Notes under the pieces: model-generated
What the model was told of the DNA's origin: nothing
What the model saw: only the letters and a program-made list of their open reading frames with translations
Database searches by the model: none
Made by a program: the position numbers and the translations under genes
Assembly: GCA_039805465.1 (NCBI GenBank)
Contig: JBDLUD010000001.1
Coordinates: 3,164 to 67,163, forward strand
Source of the DNA: Pseudomonadota bacterium
Lineage (GTDB): Bacteria; Pseudomonadota; Gammaproteobacteria; Burkholderiales; Burkholderiaceae
Direction of reading: 5' to 3'
Length of the DNA stretch: 64,000 bases
In this document: in pieces, positions 1 to 9,623 of the stretch
Position numbering within the stretch: position 1 is the first letter of the stretch
Layout of the letters: each line of letters opens with the position of its first letter

Positions 1-155
1 CATCAGGATGCTTGCCAGGTGTAATGAGATCAGTGGTACTAAGCAATATAAAGTATCAGGCAGTTGAACAGAACATCACGCGCGCTGACGTCTTGAATGC
101 CGAAGAAGTGATTTTCACCAACGCCTTGCGTGGCATCGTGCAAACCACAAATTAA
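1..155 (+). CDS. Partial (3' end) class IV aminotransferase / aminodeoxychorismate lyase-like domain
   Basis: Manual translation of frame 3: SGCLPGVMRSVVL...AEEVIFTNALRGIV..., stop TAA at 153-155. LPGVMR and E.xxxN.xRG are typical of fold-type IV PLP enzymes. Not in the ORF track because the 5' end is outside the window. Confidence 0.7.
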   Translation, partial: SGCLPGVMRSVVLSNIKYQAVEQNITRADVLNAEEVIFTNALRGIVQTTN

Positions 156-169
156 ACGATAATGGCGAA

Positions 170-742
170 ATGAAATATTGCCCAAAATGCGGTTCAACCG
201 TGGCCTTGCAAACTCCCGTGGATGACACGCGTGAGAGGCATGTTTGCACAGGATGTAAAACCATTCATTATGAGAATCCTCGTAATGTCGTTGGAACGAT
301 TCCTGTTTGGCAAGATAAAGTTCTTTTGTGTAAACGAGCCATACATCCTCGCCTTGGATACTGGACATTGCCCGCTGGCTTTTTAGAGGTTGGAGAAAGC
401 ACTGAAGCTGGAGCCAAAAGAGAAACCCAAGAAGAAGCTGGTGCCATCGTTGAAATTGGTCCTTTGTTTTCTTTGTTGAATGTGACTCATGTAGAACAAG
501 TTCATTTGTTTTATTTGGCCAAGCTCATTGAACCAAAATATCAAGCCGGAGTTGAAAGTCTAGAAGTCCAACTATTTGCTGAAGAAGACATTCCATGGAA
601 TGACTTGGCATTTCAAACCGTCCGAAAAACGCTTGAATGGTATTTTCAGGATAAAAAATTGGGTCGCCTCAATGAGGCAGACAAGATCTCGACTCATTTG
701 GATGATGTTGGCTATGATGAACGCATTGATCGGAAAGATTGA
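170..742 (+). CDS. NUDIX hydrolase with N-terminal zinc ribbon
   Basis: CPKCG...CTGC zinc ribbon; Nudix box GFLEVGESTEAGAKRETQEEAG. Confidence 0.92.
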   Translation: MKYCPKCGSTVALQTPVDDTRERHVCTGCKTIHYENPRNVVGTIPVWQDKVLLCKRAIHPRLGYWTLPAGFLEVGESTEAGAKRETQEEAGAIVEIGPLFSLLNVTHVEQVHLFYLAKLIEPKYQAGVESLEVQLFAEEDIPWNDLAFQTVRKTLEWYFQDKKLGRLNEADKISTHLDDVGYDERIDRKD

Positions 743-747
743 TCAAC

Positions 748-1488
748 ATGGGTCTGTCTTGGCTTCAACCTAATGATCCTTTTCCGTCACCTTGGAGTGA
801 TGCTGATCCAGATCCGGAAGTTCCTGGCTTATTAGCGATCAGCGAAGATATCAGCGCTGAACAATTGTTACGTGCTTATCAACAAGGTATTTTTCCATGG
901 TACTCCGATGGACAACCTATTTTGTGGTGGTCACCCAACCCCAGAATGGTGCTTAGACCTAAAAACTTCAAAATCAGTAAAAACTTCAAAAAAGAAATTA
1001 AAAATGTCTTGATAGATCAGGACTGGGAAGTAAAGGTTGATGAAGATTTTCATGCGACTATTCTGTCTTGTGCAACACAAGCAAGATCAGGCCAGGATGG
1101 GACTTGGATCACGCACGCCATCATGCATGCTTATGGGCAAATACACGAACAAGGGCATGCGCACAGTATTGAAGTTTTTCATCAAGGTCAACGGGTTGGC
1201 GGTTTGTATTGCGTTAATTTGGGGAAAATGGTGTTTGGTGAATCGATGTTTTCTAAAAAAACAGGTGCATCTAAAATCGCCTTGGCCAGTCTTTGTGCAT
1301 GGGCACTTGCCCAAGACATTGAAATGATTGACTGTCAGCAGGAAACTGTACACTTAAGCTCAATGGGCGGAAGTCCCATTCCACGGGATGAATTTTTAAA
1401 TCACGTGCGCGAGAAAACTACTGCAATTAATCCCGTTTGGAGTTTTAATAAGAGTGTTTTGCAACATTGGCTAAGCCAACCGGCATGA
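748..1488 (+). CDS. aat: Leucyl/phenylalanyl-tRNA--protein transferase
   Basis: [28 protein letters not shown] motifs. ATG at 748 preferred over TTG at 739. Confidence 0.95.
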   Translation: MGLSWLQPNDPFPSPWSDADPDPEVPGLLAISEDISAEQLLRAYQQGIFPWYSDGQPILWWSPNPRMVLRPKNFKISKNFKKEIKNVLIDQDWEVKVDEDFHATILSCATQARSGQDGTWITHAIMHAYGQIHEQGHAHSIEVFHQGQRVGGLYCVNLGKMVFGESMFSKKTGASKIALASLCAWALAQDIEMIDCQQETVHLSSMGGSPIPRDEFLNHVREKTTAINPVWSFNKSVLQHWLSQPA

Positions 1489-2225
1489 GTAAATTAAAAG
1501 AACTCCCCTTCACCACCCTTCAGTTCTATGCAACTGCTCCCTATGAGTGCAGTTACTTAGAGCATCATCAAGCTCGTTCTCAAGTAGCAACCCCAACTCA
1601 TTTGATCCATGCCGATGTTTATGGTGAATTGGTTGCGAGTGGTTTTCGTCGCAGTGGTTTGTACACCTATCGACCATACTGTGATGGATGCAAGGCCTGT
1701 ATTGCCTGTCGCGTTGACATTGAACGCTTCAAACCAAAACGCTTTCAACAGCGGGCGTTTAAAAAGCACCAAGATCTTGAAGTGAAAATTGGTCATTTGG
1801 AATTTTTCCAAGAACACTACGATCTTTATATGTCATACCAACACGATCGCCATCTTCACGGTGGCATGGATGGCGACGATCAAGATCAATACAAACAATT
1901 TTTACTCCAAAGTAAAGTGAATAGTCGTTTGATTGAGTTCAGAGATGGCCCTCATGGTGAAGAACCAGGCAAATTAAGAATTGTCAGCATCATTGACGTT
2001 GTTCAAAGTGGCTTATCGTCTGTTTACACCTTCTTTGATACCAGTCATCAAAGTGCCAGTTATGGAACTTACGCCATCATGTGGCAAATAGAACAAACCA
2101 GAAAACTTCAGCTGCCTTACTTGTACTTAGGCTACTACATCAAAGAAAGCCCTAAAATGTCGTACAAAGCACAGTTTGAACCATTGGAAGTTTTGGTCGA
2201 TGATGTGTGGCAACGCCATTTATAA
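1485..2225 (+). CDS. bpt: Aspartate/glutamate leucyltransferase (ATE-like)
   Basis: [35 protein letters not shown] motifs; ATGA overlap with the aat stop. Confidence 0.92.
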   Translation: MSKLKELPFTTLQFYATAPYECSYLEHHQARSQVATPTHLIHADVYGELVASGFRRSGLYTYRPYCDGCKACIACRVDIERFKPKRFQQRAFKKHQDLEVKIGHLEFFQEHYDLYMSYQHDRHLHGGMDGDDQDQYKQFLLQSKVNSRLIEFRDGPHGEEPGKLRIVSIIDVVQSGLSSVYTFFDTSHQSASYGTYAIMWQIEQTRKLQLPYLYLGYYIKESPKMSYKAQFEPLEVLVDDVWQRHL

Positions 2226-2243
2226 CCTAAAGATCCAACACTG

Positions 2244-3278
2244 ATGAATCTCTACCCTCTCGTCAAGCCTTGTTTATTTGCCATGGATGCAGAACGTGCG
2301 CATAACTTGACTTTGAACACCCTCGATAAAGTTCATGCACTTGGTTTAGGTTTTTTAGCCCAAGAAAAGATTACCCGCGATGAGCGAATTTTTTGTGGTC
2401 TGAAAATACCCAATCCGGTTGGCCTAGCAGCAGGCTTGGATAAAGACGGCAAACACATTGATGCTTTGGCTGATTTGGGTTTTGGTTTTATTGAGATTGG
2501 GACTGTGACACCCAAAGCACAAGCTGGTAATCCATTACCTAGAATGTTTCGCTTGCCAGAAGCTTCAGGCCTGATCAATCGTATGGGTTTTAACAATGAT
2601 GGCGTTGATGCATGCGTGGCGCGCGTCAAGCAATCTGATTTTTGGCAAAATGGCGGCATCCTCGGTTTGAATATTGGTAAAAATGCAACGACCCCAATTG
2701 AATCAGCGGCTGATGACTATTTGATTTGCATGAGAAAGGTGTACGACATCGCTTCGTATATCACCGTCAATATTTCCTCACCGAACACCAAGAATTTAAG
2801 ACAGTTACAAGGTGCAGATGAATTAAGTTCATTGTTAAGCGCCATTGCAGAAGAGAAAAAGGTGCTGAGCGATTTATACAAGAAAGAAGTGCCACTGTTC
2901 CTAAAAATCGCCCCTGATTTAGATTTAGAACAGATTCAGACCATTGCAGAATTGCTGATCAAGTACAAAATTGATGCTGTGATTGCCACGAACACCACCA
3001 TCGCTCGTGACGCAGTTGCGCACTTGGCTCATGGAAAGGAAGCTGGTGGCCTTTCTGGTGCACCAGTGAAACAATCATCAGACCACGTGATTCAAGAACT
3101 GCACCGCACCCTTCAGGGACATCTACCGATCATTGGTGTGGGCGGAATCATGTCTGGCCAAGATGCCAAGGACAAAGTCGATGCTGGTGCCAGCTTGGTT
3201 CAGCTCTATAGTGGCTTGATCTATCAAGGTCCTAAGCTGGTTTCTGAATGTGCCAAGGCTTTAAGAGGTGTTTTTTAA
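2244..3278 (+). CDS. pyrD: Dihydroorotate dehydrogenase (quinone), class 2
   Basis: [33 protein letters not shown] motifs. Confidence 0.97.
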   Translation: MNLYPLVKPCLFAMDAERAHNLTLNTLDKVHALGLGFLAQEKITRDERIFCGLKIPNPVGLAAGLDKDGKHIDALADLGFGFIEIGTVTPKAQAGNPLPRMFRLPEASGLINRMGFNNDGVDACVARVKQSDFWQNGGILGLNIGKNATTPIESAADDYLICMRKVYDIASYITVNISSPNTKNLRQLQGADELSSLLSAIAEEKKVLSDLYKKEVPLFLKIAPDLDLEQIQTIAELLIKYKIDAVIATNTTIARDAVAHLAHGKEAGGLSGAPVKQSSDHVIQELHRTLQGHLPIIGVGGIMSGQDAKDKVDAGASLVQLYSGLIYQGPKLVSECAKALRGVF

Positions 3279-3286
3279 GCTTCTCT

Positions 3287-3324
3287 TTTCATAATGTGCA
3301 ATTTGGTACATTTAGAGCTAAAAT
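3287..3324 (+). promoter_or_regulatory. Putative iclR promoter (GTGCAA-17-TAAAAT) overlapped by pseudo-palindrome TTTCATAATGTGCAA
   Basis: Pseudo-palindrome 3287-3301, -35-like 3296-3301, -10 3319-3324, ATG at 3331. Confidence 0.5.
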
Positions 3325-3330
3325 AGAGGC

Positions 3331-4101
3331 ATGACAAGCAGAACAGCTATCCAGGTTTTGGACCGCATGATGAGTCTTTTGGATGCCCTCGCAGATAGTG
3401 ATGAAGCCCAGAGTCTAAAAAGACTGTCTGAGCTAACTGATTTGCACCCTTCAACCGCCCATCGAATTTTGAATGACATGGTTGCTTGCCGCTTAGTTGA
3501 GCGCGCAGACAGTGGTACTTATCGTTTAGGACTCAAACTTCTTGAATTAGGTAATTTAGTGAAGGCTCGTCTTTCGGTCAGAGATGCTGCTCAATTACCG
3601 ATGAGAGCTTTACATAAACTCACCGGCCAAACAGTCAATTTGTCTGTGCGTCAAGGCGATGAAATTGTTTACATTGATCGTGCTTATAGCGAAAGATCAG
3701 GCATGCAAGTGGTTCGAGCTATTGGCGGCAGAGCCCCACTCCATTTAACGTCAGTCGGTAAACTGTTTTTGGCAGATGATGACTCTGTGAAGCTAAAGAA
3801 TTATGTGAGCAAAACAGGCCTGAATGGACATACTCAAAATAGCATCAGTGATCTTGCTCAACTAGAAAAAGAATTAGATTTAGTCAAAAGCCTTGGTCAT
3901 GCCAGAGATGATGAAGAACTAGAGTTGGGTGTGAGCTGTATGGCTGCAGCCATTTTAGATGACACTGGCAAGTTAGTCGCTGGTCTTTCTTTATCAGCGC
4001 CTACTGAACGCATGCAAGATGAGTGGCTTAAATCACTCAAAGATACTGCAATGCAGATCTCAAAAAGCTTAGGTTACAAACCAAGCCTTAAGTCTGTTTA
4101 A
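3331..4101 (+). CDS. IclR family transcriptional regulator
   Basis: N-terminal HTH (LHPSTAHRIL), GGRAPLHLTSVGK and DDEELELGVSCMAA effector-domain signature. Confidence 0.93.
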   Translation: MTSRTAIQVLDRMMSLLDALADSDEAQSLKRLSELTDLHPSTAHRILNDMVACRLVERADSGTYRLGLKLLELGNLVKARLSVRDAAQLPMRALHKLTGQTVNLSVRQGDEIVYIDRAYSERSGMQVVRAIGGRAPLHLTSVGKLFLADDDSVKLKNYVSKTGLNGHTQNSISDLAQLEKELDLVKSLGHARDDEELELGVSCMAAAILDDTGKLVAGLSLSAPTERMQDEWLKSLKDTAMQISKSLGYKPSLKSV

Positions 4102-4125
4102 TTCAACCTACTAAATTACATTTAC

Positions 4126-5145
4126 TTAAAGTTTTCTGATTGACTCAGGGTTTGGGTTGGCTTCTAACCATTCTCTCACGCGCACTGCATCAGCAAAACG
4201 AGATTGTGTACCAACAGAATCTAGGAATACCATCACCACATCACGACCCACAACTTTGGCTTGCATCACCAAACAACGTCCAGCAGCAGAGATATAGCCA
4301 GTCTTCTGTAAACCAATATCCATATCACTGGCTCTGACCAAACGATTGGTGTTAACAAACTTTTGTTCACGCTTACCAATCATGATGCTGTAGTCGGGTT
4401 TGGTTGAGAACTCCCTGATCACTTTGTATTGATATGCAGCCTCAACCAAACGAGTCAAATCTTCTGGACTAGAAACGTTGTCGCTGGATAGGCCTGTCGG
4501 GTCTGCAAATTTTGATTGACTCATACCGAGTAACTTTGCTTTGGCATTCATCGCATCCACAAAAGCTGGTATGCCACCTGGAAAGTTTCTACCCAAGGCC
4601 TGTGATGCTCGATTCTCAGAAGACATCAAAGATAAAAGCATCGCTTGCTCACGAGTCATCTTAGCTCCCTGGGTCACACGAGAGCGAGTTCGGCCAGGAT
4701 AAGCATTCACATCTGATTGTTCTATCACGATTGTTTCATCTAACGGCATTTGAGCTTCTAGAACAACCAAAGATGTCATCAGTTTGGTGATAGATGCGAT
4801 TGGCAATGCTGCATGAGCATTTTTCTCAAACAACACTTCATGTGTTTGACGATCAACGATCAAAGCCACACTTGATTTTAAATTGAGGTCATCCTGATTG
4901 CCACGCAAGCCCATCGCTGCCGCAAATGAAGGTCTTTTTTCATCTGGAGCTTTTGCAGATTTTGCTCGCGTGGTCGATGTTCTAACTTGTTTTTGAGTTT
5001 TTGGGGTCGTTTTTTTCTTGGCCGCCTGCTGTGTGCTTTGCTTGTTTGTTGTGTTTTGAGCAAAAGACACTTGTGCTCCAAGCAACAAAGAACTGCTCAA
5101 TAATCCAACCATCAGTTTGCGCAACAAATTACTTCTAAATATCAT
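4126..5145 (-). CDS. pbpG: D-alanyl-D-alanine endopeptidase (PBP7)
   Basis: Signal peptide, Lys-rich linker, SITK (SxxK), SEN (SxN), KTG. Confidence 0.9.
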   Translation of the reverse strand: MIFRSNLLRKLMVGLLSSSLLLGAQVSFAQNTTNKQSTQQAAKKKTTPKTQKQVRTSTTRAKSAKAPDEKRPSFAAAMGLRGNQDDLNLKSSVALIVDRQTHEVLFEKNAHAALPIASITKLMTSLVVLEAQMPLDETIVIEQSDVNAYPGRTRSRVTQGAKMTREQAMLLSLMSSENRASQALGRNFPGGIPAFVDAMNAKAKLLGMSQSKFADPTGLSSDNVSSPEDLTRLVEAAYQYKVIREFSTKPDYSIMIGKREQKFVNTNRLVRASDMDIGLQKTGYISAAGRCLVMQAKVVGRDVVMVFLDSVGTQSRFADAVRVREWLEANPNPESIRKL

Positions 5146-5204
5146 CAGTCTCTTCTAAGCTATTTAATTAGTTAGTTTTAGTGAATAAATGACATGATAA
5201 GGTA

Positions 5205-6086
5205 TTACTTGCCTGATGAGGCTTTATTGACCATTAAAACTGCACCCATGGTCAGAGCTATCCCGAGGCCAATAGCCCATGTGATCGGCTCATTGAATAA
5301 GAACCATGCCATCAATGCTGTGGTGGGCGGGGTCAAATACATCAAACTCGTGACCTTGGTGGCTGCTCCATGACGAATCATCACAAATAACAAAGAACTG
5401 GCGCCTATCGATAAAGCAAATATGGCCCACAATAAAGAAAACACCAATTCTGGAACCCAAGCAATTTCTCTGGTTTCAAACATCATCATGAGTGGCACGC
5501 AAACAACTGCTGAAGCAGCAAACTGAATCACCGAGCCGGTGCGCAAATCAAACTGAGGACAATATTTTTTTTGATAAAGAGTACCTGCGGTGATTGATAG
5601 CAAAGCAATGATGATGAAAATAAAACTTAAATCACTGAAGCCGATCATGACAATCTTGGCCCAAACAACCAAGCCAACGCCTAATAGTCCGATTACCAAG
5701 CCAAGCCATTGAACAGGTCGAACTCTTTCAGCAACCCAAGATGCAAGCAAGGCAGTTAGAATTGGTTGAAGACCAACAATCAAGGCTGTTAAGCCTGCAG
5801 ACATTCCCTCGCGAACGGCGGCCCACACACCACCCAAATAACCCGCTTGCAGTAGTATGCCGGCAATCGCAATGTGAATGATTTGCGACTGTCTTGGCCA
5901 TGGGGCTTTCCAAAGCAGCACGATGGGGATCATACAAATCAGCACGCCCAAAAAGCGCATACTCAGAAATGTCATTGGCTCAGCATGAGGCATGCCGTAG
6001 CGAGCAATGATGAAACCCGTGCTCCAGATGATCACAAAAATTGGCGCAATCCATGGCGTTAAATATTTAATCCATGAATTACTCAT
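5205..6086 (-). CDS. EamA/DMT family transporter
   Basis: About 10 hydrophobic helices in two EamA repeats (IWSTGFIIAR, GTLYQK). Confidence 0.9.
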   Translation of the reverse strand: MSNSWIKYLTPWIAPIFVIIWSTGFIIARYGMPHAEPMTFLSMRFLGVLICMIPIVLLWKAPWPRQSQIIHIAIAGILLQAGYLGGVWAAVREGMSAGLTALIVGLQPILTALLASWVAERVRPVQWLGLVIGLLGVGLVVWAKIVMIGFSDLSFIFIIIALLSITAGTLYQKKYCPQFDLRTGSVIQFAASAVVCVPLMMMFETREIAWVPELVFSLLWAIFALSIGASSLLFVMIRHGAATKVTSLMYLTPPTTALMAWFLFNEPITWAIGLGIALTMGAVLMVNKASSGK

Positions 6087-6992
6087 TTATTGTTTGACCT
6101 TTAATTCTTTGAATAGTTGAAGGGCTAATTGTACGGTTTGAGCATGCACTTCAACCGTGGTTTCAATATTGATGCCATATCCTCCTGCCATCGCTATGGC
6201 AATCGGTAGACCATGAGTTTTAGCAAAGTCCAAAACCATTTGATCACGCAGACATAAACCTTTGAGGCTTAACTTCAAACGTCCCAATCGATCCCCTTCA
6301 TGAGGGTCAGCCCCCGCCAAATAAATCAACATATCTGGCTTGAACTCAGACTCCATTTGATTCAGAGCGTGAGCAAGATGAAGTAAATATTCATCATCGG
6401 TACAACCGTCGCTCAATCCCACATCTAAATGACTGGATTCTTTTCTAAAAGGGAAATTCTTCTCTCCGTGAAGAGACAATGTATAACAGCTGGGGTCTTT
6501 ACCCAGAATGGCTGCAGTGCCATTGCCTTGATGAACATCCAAATCAATGATGGCAACGTTCATTTTTCTTAAGTTTTGAAGGTGCTTTGATGCAACAGCC
6601 GCATCATTGAAGACACAAAAGCCACTGCCTTTGTCTGCATAGGCGTGATGAGTACCTCCGGCCAGATTCACTGACACCCCATCTTCTAGTGCGCTGATGC
6701 ATGCCTGGATGGTTGCTCCTGCAGACCTTTTCGATCTTTCTACCATGGGTTCACTCCATGGAAAACCGATTTCCCTGATTTCTGCCGGACTTAATTGACC
6801 CTGAGTGACTCGTTTCACATAGTCCTGGTCATGAACTCGGATCAAATCCTGTTCACTTGCAGCCGATGGTTCTTTGAGCTCCAAACCATCCATTAAAGCC
6901 ACCTGATCCCTTAATAGGCGGTACTTTTGCATCGGAAATCGATGCCCTTCAGGCAATGGGAGGACGAAATGGTCGGTATAAAAGGCTTTCAC
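6087..6992 (-). CDS. Zn-dependent histone deacetylase family protein
   Basis: [40 protein letters not shown] at 6992 preferred; ORF track extends to 7016. Confidence 0.92.
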   Translation of the reverse strand: MKAFYTDHFVLPLPEGHRFPMQKYRLLRDQVALMDGLELKEPSAASEQDLIRVHDQDYVKRVTQGQLSPAEIREIGFPWSEPMVERSKRSAGATIQACISALEDGVSVNLAGGTHHAYADKGSGFCVFNDAAVASKHLQNLRKMNVAIIDLDVHQGNGTAAILGKDPSCYTLSLHGEKNFPFRKESSHLDVGLSDGCTDDEYLLHLAHALNQMESEFKPDMLIYLAGADPHEGDRLGRLKLSLKGLCLRDQMVLDFAKTHGLPIAIAMAGGYGINIETTVEVHAQTVQLALQLFKELKVKQ

Positions 6993-7025
6993 CCCCTGAT
7001 TTTGCCTTTTTTTCACATTGTGGTC

Positions 7026-7073
7026 TTGACTTAGGCTATTTAAGACCTATACTTATATTTGTGCAGTGCAACA
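7026..7073 (+). promoter_or_regulatory. phaP sigma70 promoter (TTGACT-16-TATACT) followed by putative PhaR operator TGTGCAGTGCAACA
   Basis: -35 at 7026-7031, -10 at 7048-7053, TGCA-N-TGCA pseudo-palindrome at 7060-7073 around the predicted +1. Confidence 0.65.
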
Positions 7074-7108
7074 TTTATTGTTCACCCTTTAATTTACTTG
7101 GAGAAATC

Positions 7109-7645
7109 ATGACATTAACCCCAGAACAAATCGCAGCAGCAAACAAAGCTAACTTAGAAACATTGTTAAATTTGACCAACAAAGCATTCGAAGGCGTAGA
7201 AAAGCTAGTTGAGTTGAACATGGCAGTAGCAAAAACTGCAATGACTGAGAACGTACAAAACGCTAAACAAGCACTTTCAGTGCGTGATGCGCAGCAATTG
7301 ATGGCTATGCAAGCTGGCATGGTTCAGCCTTTAGCTGAAAAGATCATGTCTTACAGCCGTCATCTTTACAACATTGCTAACGAAACGCAAACAACTTTCA
7401 CTTCAGTTGCAGAATCACAATTGAAGAAAAGCAGCGGCAACATGAACGGCATGGTTGAAGAGCTTTCAAAGAATGCTCCTGCTGGTTCAGAGGCTACTAT
7501 CCAGGCTATCAAACAAGCCATGGCTGCAGCAAACAATGCTTATGAAACAACACAAAAATCTATCAAGCAAGCGGTAGATTTAGCTCAGAACAACTTCAAT
7601 GCTGCAGCTAATACAGCAGTTAAAGCTGCTCGCGGCAAGAAGTAA
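7109..7645 (+). CDS. phaP: Phasin (PHA granule-associated protein)
   Basis: [19 protein letters not shown]...[19 protein letters not shown] and Ala-rich C-terminus; SD GGAGA before ATG 7109. Confidence 0.93.
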   Translation: MTLTPEQIAAANKANLETLLNLTNKAFEGVEKLVELNMAVAKTAMTENVQNAKQALSVRDAQQLMAMQAGMVQPLAEKIMSYSRHLYNIANETQTTFTSVAESQLKKSSGNMNGMVEELSKNAPAGSEATIQAIKQAMAAANNAYETTQKSIKQAVDLAQNNFNAAANTAVKAARGKK

Positions 7646-7682
7646 GCAAGATGCAAGCCATTTGAATCATCATAATGGCATG

Positions 7683-7776
7683 AAAGAATTGAAGTAGTAA
7701 CAGTTGTCTCCTCGGTACCCAGTTAGATCTAATCTACAAGTACCTTTTAACCCCCGCCTCGTGCGGGGGTTTTTTT
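7683..7776 (+). ncRNA. Putative Betaproteobacteria 'toxic small RNA'-type sRNA (anti-SD seed plus double hairpin)
   Basis: GTTGTCTCCTC at 7703-7713, hairpin GGTAC(7714-7718)...GTACC(7740-7744), then intrinsic terminator. The 5' end is an estimate. Confidence 0.65.
7749..7776 (+). terminator. Rho-independent terminator after phaP/sRNA
   Basis: AACCCCCGC-CTCGT-GCGGGGGTT with T-run to 7776. Confidence 0.9.
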
Positions 7777-7821
7777 ATGCCAGGAGGCATTAAAGGATTA
7801 ATGCTTAGAGCCGAGAACAGC

Positions 7822-9612
7822 CTATTTTTTCTTGGTTGGAGGCAAATCAGTGCAAGTGCCGTGCGCAACTTCAGCAGCCATGCCAACAGATTCGCCAAGA
7901 GTTGGATGTGGATGAATTGTTTTACCAATATCAACAGCATCAGCACCCATCTCAATGGCCAAGCAAACTTCACCAATCAAATCACCGGCATGGGTACCAA
8001 CAATACCGCCACCAATGATGCGATGAGTTTCTTTATCAAACAATAATTTTGTAAAGCCCTCATCACGACCATTCGCAATCGCTCGACCACTGGCTGCCCA
8101 TGGGAAAAGACCTTTTTCGTAAGCGATGCCTTGTGCCTTGCATTGCTCTTCTGTGAGGCCAGCCCACGCAACTTCAGGATCGGTATAAGCCACAGATGGA
8201 ATTTGCTTGGCATCAAAGAAAGCCTTATGCCCTGCTGCAACTTCTGCAGCAACGTGAGCTTCATGAACCGCTTTGTGCGCCAACATAGGTTGACCAACCA
8301 AATCGCCAATCGCAAAAATATGATTCACGTTTGTACGCAATTGCTTATCAACAGGAATAAAGCCACGCTCATCAACCACCACGCCAGCTTTATCAGCATC
8401 TAACTTCTTACCATTTGGGGTGCGACCAACTGCCACCAATACCAGGTCGTATACCTGAGCAGTTGCTGGAGCCTTTTCACCTTCAAAGGTCACATGGATA
8501 CCATCTGGTTTAGCTTCAGCTTTACTTGCGCGTGTCTTCAACATGATGTTGTCAAAACGTGGGGCGTTGACTTTCTCCCATACCTTTTCCAAATCACGGT
8601 CTGCACCAGCCATCAAACCATCTAACATTTCAGCAATATCAATTTTGCTACCCAATGTGCTGTAGACAGTCGCCATCTCTAAACCGATGATGCCGCCACC
8701 AATCACCAACATTCTCTTAGGCACCTTCTCAAGCTTTAATGCACCAGTGCTATCAACGACTCTTGGATCTTTTGGTAAGAAAGGTAACATCACAGCTTGG
8801 CTACCGGCAGCAATGATCGCCTTTTGAAAACGAATCACTTCTTTTTGGCCATTGGTTTTCTTCGAGTCACCTTCAGTGACTTCTACTTCAACGTGATGAG
8901 CATCTAAGAACCGGCCAATACCACGCACTGTTTTAACTTTACGAGCTTTGGCCATACCCGCAAGACCACCCGTTAATTTACCAATCACGGTTTCTTTATG
9001 AGCTCGTAACTTATCAATTTCAATCTTAGGTGCACCGTATGAAATACCATGCGCCGCCATGGCTTTGACTTCATCCATGATGGCTGCTGTATGCAACAAA
9101 GCTTTAGAGGGTATACAACCCACGTTCAAGCAAACACCACCCAGGGTTGCATAACGTTCAACGATGATGGTGTTCATGCCCAAGTCAGCACTTCTGAATG
9201 CCGCACTGTAACCACCAGGGCCTGCGCCCAAGACCAGCATGTCACATTCATGATCCACTTTTCCTGCATAAGAGCCTGCTGCAGGAGCACTCATTCGAGG
9301 AGCTTCAGCTTTTGGAGCTACCTCTTTCACTGGGGCTGATATTGCAGGAGTGCTTGCGACTGGTTTAGCGTCGGCAGCTATCTCAAGCGTTGCGATCACC
9401 ATGCCTTGATTGATTTTGTCACCAACCTTGACACTGATAGAAACAATCTTGCCAGCTTGCTCGCTCGGCACTTCCATGGTTGCCTTGTCAGATTCCAAGA
9501 CCAAGAGTGCTTGTTCTTTTTCAACCTGATCACCTGGTTTGACCAAAACCTCAATCACCGGCACATCATGAAAATCACCAATATCAGGAACTTTGATTTC
9601 TACTGTAGACAT
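7822..9612 (-). CDS. lpdA: Dihydrolipoamide dehydrogenase E3 with N-terminal lipoyl domain
   Basis: ESDKATMEVP lipoyl motif, GAGPGG, GGVCLNVGCIPSK, HPHPTLGE. Confidence 0.97.
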   Translation of the reverse strand: MSTVEIKVPDIGDFHDVPVIEVLVKPGDQVEKEQALLVLESDKATMEVPSEQAGKIVSISVKVGDKINQGMVIATLEIAADAKPVASTPAISAPVKEVAPKAEAPRMSAPAAGSYAGKVDHECDMLVLGAGPGGYSAAFRSADLGMNTIIVERYATLGGVCLNVGCIPSKALLHTAAIMDEVKAMAAHGISYGAPKIEIDKLRAHKETVIGKLTGGLAGMAKARKVKTVRGIGRFLDAHHVEVEVTEGDSKKTNGQKEVIRFQKAIIAAGSQAVMLPFLPKDPRVVDSTGALKLEKVPKRMLVIGGGIIGLEMATVYSTLGSKIDIAEMLDGLMAGADRDLEKVWEKVNAPRFDNIMLKTRASKAEAKPDGIHVTFEGEKAPATAQVYDLVLVAVGRTPNGKKLDADKAGVVVDERGFIPVDKQLRTNVNHIFAIGDLVGQPMLAHKAVHEAHVAAEVAAGHKAFFDAKQIPSVAYTDPEVAWAGLTEEQCKAQGIAYEKGLFPWAASGRAIANGRDEGFTKLLFDKETHRIIGGGIVGTHAGDLIGEVCLAIEMGADAVDIGKTIHPHPTLGESVGMAAEVAHGTCTDLPPTKKK

Positions 9613-9623
9613 ATCAATATTCC

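Noticed and set aside
748-2225. aat-bpt pair as a novel eukaryote-like arginylation system
   Set aside because: Well-known proteobacterial N-degron pathway arrangement.
6956-7108. 51-aa N-terminal extension of the phasin ORF
   Set aside because: Spans the promoter and HDAC start; SD and family N-terminus point to ATG 7109.
9400-9612. Lipoyl domain fused to LpdA as a novel fusion
   Set aside because: Established in betaproteobacteria such as Cupriavidus and Neisseria.
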